From an uncultured Armatimonadetes bacterium (GTDB lineage: Bacteria > Armatimonadota > Hebobacteria > Hebobacterales > Hebobacteraceae), in the NCBI GenBank assembly GCA_963716175.1, contig OY970296.1, forward strand, positions 2,208,001-2,272,000: a DNA stretch of 64,000 nt. The letters are read 5' to 3'. This document shows positions 28,338 through 35,904 of this stretch, one piece after another (position 1 is the stretch's first letter; each line of letters opens with the position of its first letter). The notes under the pieces were generated by a model. The model did not search any database, had not been told where the DNA came from, and saw only the letters and a list, made by a program, of their open reading frames with translations. Both the position numbers and the translations under genes were made by a program.

Positions 28338-31300
28338 ATGACCGATCTCCTGGCCGAACTCAGAAAGCCAGCGGATGCCGTGGTTGATCCGCCTGTCCAG
28401 CCACGTCTACAGGCGCTACCGTTCCAGCAGCTGACTTGGCAGAACTTCGAGCGTCTATGCCTTCGTCTTGCTAGCGCAGAGTCTGACGTCAGGTCGGCTC
28501 GCCCCTATGGAGGGCCGGGTCAGTCCCAAGAGGGGATCGATTTCGTCGCCTCCCCCAAGGACGCCCCTGGAAAGGTGACCTGGGTCTACCAGTGCAAGCG
28601 GTGGGGACACGTCACCGCTCCCGATCTCGCTGGATGGGTGAACGTGTTCCTCGAATCCTGGCGGGGCTCTTTGCCGACAAGATTCACCGTCTGCGTGAGC
28701 CAGGCGCTTACCGCGCCTGACGTAATCAGAGAGATAGCCGCCCAAGAGCGCAGGCTTGCGGAAGGCCAGGTTGAGTTCGACGTGTGGGATGGCGAGCATC
28801 TCAACCAAAGGCTGAAGCAGCGCTCTGACTTGGTGGACGACTTCTTCGGTCGCGCTTGGGTCGAGGCCTTCAACGGGAGTGACGCTGCCTCCGCTCTCTC
28901 GGCCCGGCTCGCGGGCGCAGACGCACTTCAGTTGCGCCGTAGGCTACTGGCGCTGTATGAGCGCCTCTTCGGTCAGCACGATCCCGGTATTGCGCCAGTG
29001 TCGGCGCGCGCCCTCCCGCTGCGCTCCCGCTATGTCTGGCCGGACGTTCTTGTCGAGCGCGAGGTCGCGACCTCTGCCGCCGATGGAACCGGCGCTCTGA
29101 CAGCGGGGGCACGGGATGCTGGTGGCGACCTACTGGCCGCTCGTGAGAGGAGGGAAGGCGCCGCGCGGCCGTCGCGTTCTCAGGCTGTCCGAATTCCCGT
29201 GGCGCAGTGGCTGGCACGCCAGCATAGAGCCGTGGTGTTGGGTGACCTCGGCACGGGGAAGAGTTCGCTGCTTCGAAGCGTGGCGCTGGAGATCCTGTCT
29301 GCGGATGCCAAGGCTCCTGAGCTTTCCGGTGCGTGGGACGAGTTTGTGCCGATCTGGGTGCCGTTCGCCGGCTGGACTAAGGCCGTCCTTGAGGCACAGC
29401 CAGGGGTCAGCCTAGTTGACTATGTGACGACCTGGTTGCACCGGCATGGCGCCGATGACATTGCTGACATCGTCAGCCGGTTGGTCGGTGATGGACGGTT
29501 ACTGCTCCTGGTTGACGGCCTCGATGAGCGCAGGAGCGACGAGGCCGGCATGATAGCACTCGATCTGCTGGAGGCATTCCTCGCGAACCACGATGTCCCA
29601 GTCATCATGACGAGCAGGCCGGTAGGCTATGAGATGGTCGCTCGGGCAGAGTCAGAGTGGGCTCATGCTCACCTTGCTCCGCTATCTGAAGAGCAACAGC
29701 GTCACTTCGCACTCTTCTGGTTTCGCTGGCTCAGTGACTCCGGCAAGGATCTGAAGGCGCAGACTCTGGCAGACCGAGAGGCGGACTCCCTACTCGCGGA
29801 GGTCACCTCTAGGTCGGAGCTGTCAGCCCTAGCAGAGGTGCCGCTCACGCTCGGAATGCTGATAGAGCTGCGACGGCGCGGGGTGACGATTCCGCAGAGG
29901 CGCTTTGAGGTCTACAGCAAGCTGGTTGACTGCCTACTCGAGGAGCAGCCCGCACATCGCCGCCGCGCGGCTGGTCAGATCTCGGACGGTGACCTCGATC
30001 TGACGGATCGTCGGAACCTGCTGGCCTGCCTGGCACTCGAATTCCAGACACCGAGTGGTGCGGGCACTATGGCGGAGCAGCAGTGTGTGGAGTTGATTGC
30101 TGCTCGGCTCAGTGATCTGAACCATGTATGGGGCTACGACCGCGCTCGAGCGCGGCAAGTGGCGCGTGCGTTGATCGAAGAGGCGGTGCGAGAGGCTGGT
30201 ATCCTCACGAAACAGCCGCCGGACGGAATCGCCTTCTCTCACCTTGGTCTGCAGCACTGGCTGGCAGCGGTTGGCCTTTCGCTGCGACGTGCGGAGGAGC
30301 AGTCGCGATGCATCTCTCAACACTACCTGGAGCCCCAATGGCGAGAGGTCGTATTGTCCTTTCTGGAGATCCGATGCAGCACCGAGGACGGGCGCCAGTT
30401 CGCCGTCAAGCTCCTTGACGATCTGAAGGCCCGAACTACATCAACCTTCAGTCGGTGCCAGCTCGACATACTGCTGGCGGATGCTGTGTTCGCTGGCCTG
30501 GGGCTTCCAGCACTGTATGCCCGTACTGAGGCTCAGCGCCTGCTAGATCTAGTGCAGAAGTCGCCTTTCCCAGACCAGGCAGCCGACCTTGCCCAGGCCG
30601 CAGTCTCAGGTCTCAACAGCAGAGCGGTCAAAGAGGTCGTGGCGCGCAGCGCGTACAGGTGGTTCCCTGCTTGGAGCGAGCTCAGCCGGGCGTCGATCGT
30701 TGAGCGGCTCGGCAAGTGGGACGCGGCACCGGATGTCCGGGAGACTCTCATCGGGGCGTTGTACGACGAGGACTCGGGATGTCGCGCTGTGGCAGGGCAA
30801 TCCATCAGTCGCGTCTACGGCGGTGACGAATCTCTTGGTGGCGAGTTGCTGCAGATCGCGTGCCACTCGGTGGCGCCCGGCCCGCGGGAGGGAGCACTGC
30901 TGGCGCTGGCATTCGGGTGGCCTGATAGGCCCGAACTACCTGACCTGCTTGCGCAGAGCACACAGGATGGGGATCAGGGCGTCCGCCTGTCCGCCATCGA
31001 GGCCAGAATCCATCTCTCGCTTCACACAGACGAGGATCGACAGGTCCTGTGGTCACTTGTCAAAGAGAATACTGCCCTCGATTACTGGCGGCGGGATGAA
31101 GTGGGACCTGCGCTGCTTCTGGGCTGGCCGTCGAGTGACGATCTGCGGAGAGAGTGCTTCGACGTGCTCCCACGCGCCGCAGGCTTCCTTCACGGTGACC
31201 TGGCGGAGCAGGCCGTCTTCGTGCTCCTAACCGGATGGCCTGGCGACGATGAGATAGCGGCGCGCTTCGCTCACTGGTTGTCGTCAGACGAGCGCGACCC

Positions 31301-33218
31301 ATTCAGCATGCTGCATCTGCCTGGGTGGACAAGTGTCTGGGATCTTCTGGCGCGGAACTTCAGAGGGCATGCGGCCCTCGTTCCCGCGATCTTAGGCTAC
31401 CTCAGGAGATACCCGAGCTGGTACTTCTCAGACCGTGGCAGAGCGGTAGTTGCGTGCGGTACCGATGAAGCCAGAGAGTTCGCGCTTGGGTGTTTCCCGA
31501 CTAACCAGGGCATCCTCACCGACTCCATCGTGGCAGCGAACCTGCTTACAGGCTGGCCCGAAGACTGTGCTGTTCTCGACCGCGTCAAGGAGTGGGTGGA
31601 GCAGAACCCTCTGCACGCAGAAAGCCTGACCCGGTTCCTCAGGCTAATCTACCCTGACTCCCAGCACAGGAGGGAACTCCTGCTCTCGCTGTTGAGGGCC
31701 GAGCATCGGCGTGAGCCACACATGGTGCTTCAGGCATTGCTCGATGAGGACGTTCAGTGGGACCCAGACGAGCTGATCGACCTGGCCCTGCAAGGGCTCG
31801 ACAAGGTTTGGGAGCCGGCAGCCGAGGCTGTACAGGGGATCATCATTGAGACCTTCCCCTGCCATCCAAGGGCGAGGGAGGCGGCACGGACGCTGTTGCA
31901 GAGGTCCACGGCACTCTTCCCCGTGGCGCTCGCGAGAGTCTATGAGGATGATGACGAGTTCAGGCCGGTCATCCTGCGCGCGGCCATGTCCGCTCCGACC
32001 CCCATACGGCGCCTGGTGGCCGAGCAGTTGTCGCGGCGGTCCACGTCCGCTGAGTCGGCCCTGCCGCTTCTCGGCGCGCTCTGTTCAGAGGATGACGCTC
32101 TCGCTCGCAGTTCGGCCGCGGTGGGACTGGTCATGCAGACGGCAGCCGCTGGCAAGAGCACCGACAGTGTGATCGAGTTCCTGCAAACGGAAGCGACCTG
32201 CCTTGGGTTCGAGATGAACAAGCGTAGACCTGCTGGTGTAGCTGGACTGCTCGAGGGAGGTAAGGGCACGGACTTGCTGCAGTACGTGACCGAGTCTCGG
32301 GTCGGGAACCCATTCGAAGCAGTCTTCAACGTCCTTCCTCCCAACCTGCCTGCTCTTCGCCTCCTGGCGTCACAATGGCCAATGATGAAGGCAGATCTGC
32401 CGACGGGTGCCTCCGCAACTCTCGGCATCAGCGAGGACCGGTTCTGGGAGTTCATGTCGTCATGGGTCGAGGAGTTCCCCGACCTGCGCTCTGACTTCGA
32501 GACATACGCCGTGGACGCGTGCCAGAGGCCGCTCGCCGCTGCTACGCTAACAGCAATTGCCAACGTCAGGCCCCAGTCCGAGGTCCTCCGAAGGGCCTGT
32601 CTCTCGACGCTGAAGGCGGTCGAGGAGAACCGCGGCTGGCTGTCGTGGGGAGTTGCTGCTCGCCTGATCGGCAGTCACTTCGGTGGGCAAGATGCCGTTC
32701 TGCGCGAGCTAACGGAGATCGACGCGTCTGGTCGCAACTGGGTGGTCACACTTGCCCTGTCGTGGGGCTGGCCGGACTCGGAGGCGTTCAGGAGGCGCGT
32801 CGAAGCAGTTCAGGGTCAACGCATGCCCTGGCTGCTGTACCTGCACCTGGCGCGCGTTCTCAAAGAGCCGACTCGCCTAGTCGATGGCGCGATGGAGTAC
32901 GTAACACAGTGCGCACAGGGCGCAGTCCACAGGGATCCCGAGGTCGTTCATGCTGTCGCGCTCGGCATCCAGGAATCCGACGTGGTGAGGGGCGGGATCA
33001 TCAGTTGGCTATCGGAGGCACCGGATCTGGCCGTGACAGCGATAGGCCTTCTTCGAGGCGCGGAGATGATCACTCCTGGGCTGCGCGACGAGTTCGCTCG
33101 CATCCTGCACAACGAGGCTACCGAGTCGGTACCGCCTGTGGTCGGGTACGATCTGGTTTCCGGATCTCGTCGATCGCTGGCAGAGGCCGCGTACGCGGCC
33201 CTCGCCGGGGCCCGCTGA
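28338..33218 (+). CDS. STAND/NACHT NTPase with an N-terminal Mrr-like nuclease (NLR/Avs-like defence protein)
   Basis: FERLC...QEGID...YQCK nuclease, Walker A GDLGTGKS, Walker B LLLVDGLDE, MTSR, PLTL, FSH, and a long helical-repeat C-terminus. Confidence 0.88.
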   Translation: MTDLLAELRKPADAVVDPPVQPRLQALPFQQLTWQNFERLCLRLASAESDVRSARPYGGPGQSQEGIDFVASPKDAPGKVTWVYQCKRWGHVTAPDLAGWVNVFLESWRGSLPTRFTVCVSQALTAPDVIREIAAQERRLAEGQVEFDVWDGEHLNQRLKQRSDLVDDFFGRAWVEAFNGSDAASALSARLAGADALQLRRRLLALYERLFGQHDPGIAPVSARALPLRSRYVWPDVLVEREVATSAADGTGALTAGARDAGGDLLAARERREGAARPSRSQAVRIPVAQWLARQHRAVVLGDLGTGKSSLLRSVALEILSADAKAPELSGAWDEFVPIWVPFAGWTKAVLEAQPGVSLVDYVTTWLHRHGADDIADIVSRLVGDGRLLLLVDGLDERRSDEAGMIALDLLEAFLANHDVPVIMTSRPVGYEMVARAESEWAHAHLAPLSEEQQRHFALFWFRWLSDSGKDLKAQTLADREADSLLAEVTSRSELSALAEVPLTLGMLIELRRRGVTIPQRRFEVYSKLVDCLLEEQPAHRRRAAGQISDGDLDLTDRRNLLACLALEFQTPSGAGTMAEQQCVELIAARLSDLNHVWGYDRARARQVARALIEEAVREAGILTKQPPDGIAFSHLGLQHWLAAVGLSLRRAEEQSRCISQHYLEPQWREVVLSFLEIRCSTEDGRQFAVKLLDDLKARTTSTFSRCQLDILLADAVFAGLGLPALYARTEAQRLLDLVQKSPFPDQAADLAQAAVSGLNSRAVKEVVARSAYRWFPAWSELSRASIVERLGKWDAAPDVRETLIGALYDEDSGCRAVAGQSISRVYGGDESLGGELLQIACHSVAPGPREGALLALAFGWPDRPELPDLLAQSTQDGDQGVRLSAIEARIHLSLHTDEDRQVLWSLVKENTALDYWRRDEVGPALLLGWPSSDDLRRECFDVLPRAAGFLHGDLAEQAVFVLLTGWPGDDEIAARFAHWLSSDERDPFSMLHLPGWTSVWDLLARNFRGHAALVPAILGYLRRYPSWYFSDRGRAVVACGTDEAREFALGCFPTNQGILTDSIVAANLLTGWPEDCAVLDRVKEWVEQNPLHAESLTRFLRLIYPDSQHRRELLLSLLRAEHRREPHMVLQALLDEDVQWDPDELIDLALQGLDKVWEPAAEAVQGIIIETFPCHPRAREAARTLLQRSTALFPVALARVYEDDDEFRPVILRAAMSAPTPIRRLVAEQLSRRSTSAESALPLLGALCSEDDALARSSAAVGLVMQTAAAGKSTDSVIEFLQTEATCLGFEMNKRRPAGVAGLLEGGKGTDLLQYVTESRVGNPFEAVFNVLPPNLPALRLLASQWPMMKADLPTGASATLGISEDRFWEFMSSWVEEFPDLRSDFETYAVDACQRPLAAATLTAIANVRPQSEVLRRACLSTLKAVEENRGWLSWGVAARLIGSHFGGQDAVLRELTEIDASGRNWVVTLALSWGWPDSEAFRRRVEAVQGQRMPWLLYLHLARVLKEPTRLVDGAMEYVTQCAQGAVHRDPEVVHAVALGIQESDVVRGGIISWLSEAPDLAVTAIGLLRGAEMITPGLRDEFARILHNEATESVPPVVGYDLVSGSRRSLAEAAYAALAGAR

Positions 33219-33441
33219 CGGGTTGGTCACGAGCGCGCGATGCTTGGCGAGGGCCGTGGAGCGACTGGTGAGCAGTGGCCGCGCACGGCATTCCACACCG
33301 GCTCGACAACCGGCCCCAGGGGCCCAGGGGTGCTGTTCCACCTTGGCGCGGAGGCAACCACGTGTGGCACAGTCTCGCCCGGCAGCCGACAGTCAGTGTC
33401 AGCCATGGTGTCAGTCGATGGCTGTCCGGTCGCGGCAGGTC

Positions 33442-33573
33442 CTAGCCGACGCCCTGGAGGCGATTCGCCGGCAGGTCGGCAACCTGAGCCTGCAGGTCCT
33501 CTACCTCCAGGTGGGTGTAGCGCTGGGTGGTGGTGACCCAGGCGTGGCCCAGCAGCTCCTGCACTGCCCGCAG
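33442..33573 (-). pseudogene. Displaced 3' end of the tyrosine recombinase
   Basis: Translates LRAVQELLGHAWVTTTQRYTHLEVEDLQAQVADLPANRLQGVG*, paralogous to 34359-34484. Confidence 0.85.
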
Positions 33574-33601
33574 CCGGGCGATGCCTGCAGGCATTCGCTT
33601 T

Positions 33602-34252
33602 CTAACGGCTATGGCGTGCTTCCATTTCTCGCGCGGCGACCTCGAATGCCTTTATCCTGGCGCGACATTGGCGTATGGACTCCCGGTGCCACTCTGCTTC
33701 TTCAGGATGCAGGCGCATGTTGTCCCTCGTTTCCAGCAGACGATCCTCCAGCCAAGAGATTAGCCCTCTGGCAAATCCCCATTTTGCCGCATAGGCGTCT
33801 GCCTCCAGTTGCATCCGAAACTGCTCGGTGTCTGAGTACTCGTCCGCGTCTATCGTGCATTGATGTCCGGCTATCGCATGACCCATCTCATGTGCAAGCA
33901 TGCCAACAGCCGCGGTCAAGTCCCCATCAAAGTAACCTAACTCGAGAGGAAGCCACCCTATGGTAATGTGATAGGTTCGCCCATAGGGGCCTGTCACCTC
34001 AGCGTTTCCGGGGTCGCGGAGACCATCGGGCAACAGCATGCAAACATAGATTGCCGGCCGGCCAACACGAATCCGCTGCCAATCTTCGTCTGGGAGAGCA
34101 GTCACAAGCTCCACCAGTGCGGGGTTGATTCTCCGGCGAGCTATGGCCCCCAAGCGTCGGTACTCGGGCGTGATCTTTTTGCGACATAGGCCCATCAAGG
34201 GTCGGAAGTGCCTGCGAACCCATTGCCGACGCGCAAGGTCGCGTGTGCGCAT
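33602..34252 (-). CDS. HExxH metallopeptidase-like protein
   Basis: LAHEMGH...QLEADAYAAKWGF. Confidence 0.65.
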   Translation of the reverse strand: MRTRDLARRQWVRRHFRPLMGLCRKKITPEYRRLGAIARRRINPALVELVTALPDEDWQRIRVGRPAIYVCMLLPDGLRDPGNAEVTGPYGRTYHITIGWLPLELGYFDGDLTAAVGMLAHEMGHAIAGHQCTIDADEYSDTEQFRMQLEADAYAAKWGFARGLISWLEDRLLETRDNMRLHPEEAEWHRESIRQCRARIKAFEVAAREMEARHSR

Positions 34253-34358
34253 CTTGTATGCCTCCTACGCTATCAGACTGAACTACTCCTCGGACACCGA
34301 TCATTGTAGCAGACAGACATGGAGTGGGGGTGGCAAACGAACTGCCGTTGCTCGCTCG

Positions 34359-35312
34359 TCACAGCCGGCAGTGGTTGGCAGGTAGCTCTGCCACCTGTGC
34401 CTGCAGGTCCTCCACTTCCAGATGAGTGTAGCGCTGAGTGGTCGTCACCCAGGCATGTCCCAGCAATTCCTGCACCGCCCGCAGGTTGGGCCGGGCGCGC
34501 AGGGCGTGGGTGGCGAAGGTGTGGCGCAGCAGGTGGGGGCCGGAGCGATCGGTGATGCCGGCCGCCCGCAGGTATCGGTTCACCAAGAGGGCAATGCCCC
34601 GCGCCGAGAAGCGCCCCCCGCTGCGGTTCAGGAAGAGCGCCGGCTCCGTCCCTAGACCTGACGGCCGGGATGGCGGCCCGCTGGGCCTGGCCACATCATC
34701 GCGGTCCGCGAGGTAGGCCAGGAGCGCGTCGGCCGCCGGGCGGTTGATGGGCAGCCGGTGTAGCCGTCGGCCCTTGCCCACTACCTGCAGGGCGCCCCAG
34801 CCCTGGGCGGGCAGGCTCACGTCCTCACGGCTGAGGGCGCACAGCTCCCCCACTCGCAGGCCGGTGTTGTAGAGCAGCATCAGGATCGCCCGGTCCCGCC
34901 GGCCCCTGGGGATATCGGGGGAGGGCAGGGAGAGCAGGCGCTGGACCTCGGCGACGGTGAGGTGCTTGGGCGCCAGCGGCGGACCCAGGCGGATGGAGCG
35001 CAGCGCCTGGGCGGGGTTAGCCTCCAGCCGACCTTCCTCGAATAGGAAGCGGCAGAACGAGCGCACCGCAGCAATGGCGCGGTTGATGCTGGATGGCGAT
35101 CGGCCCGCCTGCTGCTGATGGCGGAAACACTCGCGCAGGTCCGCCGGCCGCACTTGGTCGAGCGGCCCGGGCAGGGCAGCGAGCACTGCTTCCAGGTCCC
35201 TGCGGTAGGCCCGCACCGAGTGGGCCGACCGCCCCTCCAGCGCCAGCGCCCCCAGGAACTCCTCCAGCTCCCGCTCGTCCGACTGCCGATCACGCCGCTG
35301 CTTTCTCGCCAC
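34359..35312 (-). CDS. Tyrosine recombinase (XerC/D-like)
   Basis: RAY.RDL, RDRAIL..LYNTGLRVGEL, GKG, HLLRHTFAT, LLGH, RYTH. GTG start with AGGAGG RBS. Confidence 0.92.
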   Translation of the reverse strand: MARKQRRDRQSDERELEEFLGALALEGRSAHSVRAYRRDLEAVLAALPGPLDQVRPADLRECFRHQQQAGRSPSSINRAIAAVRSFCRFLFEEGRLEANPAQALRSIRLGPPLAPKHLTVAEVQRLLSLPSPDIPRGRRDRAILMLLYNTGLRVGELCALSREDVSLPAQGWGALQVVGKGRRLHRLPINRPAADALLAYLADRDDVARPSGPPSRPSGLGTEPALFLNRSGGRFSARGIALLVNRYLRAAGITDRSGPHLLRHTFATHALRARPNLRAVQELLGHAWVTTTQRYTHLEVEDLQAQVAELPANHCRL

Positions 35313-35555
35313 CTTCGCCTCCTTCTGACTCAGGCCGTAGTTCCGATAAGACATAGGGGCGGATGTTGGCCAACCCGTCAAGGCGGTCTTGCTCGCGATG
35401 ATGCGGGAACTGGCCCACAGACGGCACGACACGCCGCCCCCACGCGGCGAGAACGCCGCGAATGGTGGAAGGCCGAGGCGCAGCACCAACCGGCCGCCGA
35501 AAGCCCAACACAGGCGCCCACGGCGCGCCGTTCGCGGCCCCGGGCGCACCCCGAG

Positions 35556-35750
35556 ATGGTCACAGTAGCGATCCGCGGGCCACTGGCGAGGAGAATGCGG
35601 GATATGGCTGAGAGTCACGGGATGAGCTTGTCCAAGTTCCTCAGGGACGCGATCTTGGTGTACGAGCGCGACGTCGATGCCGGGTACGAGCCGGGCACGT
35701 CGCTGGCGAACTGGACCGCGCGGCAGGGCGATCAGGGAACCGGCGCCTGA
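35556..35750 (+). CDS. Ribbon-helix-helix DNA-binding protein
   Basis: VTVAIRGPLARRMRDMAESHGMSLSKFLRDAI. Start uncertain. Confidence 0.55.
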   Translation: MVTVAIRGPLARRMRDMAESHGMSLSKFLRDAILVYERDVDAGYEPGTSLANWTARQGDQGTGA

Positions 35751-35904
35751 GCTGCTCCCGGCGAACGAAGGCGAGTCGGGGCGGCCTGACGCGTGCGACG
35801 AGGTGGAGCACAATTGTATCGGCGCGTCAACGATGCCCATGGGGGACTGCGTGAAGCTATGCGAAGGGGTGGGATGTCCGGCCGCGCTCTGGCACCCGCA
35901 GTGG

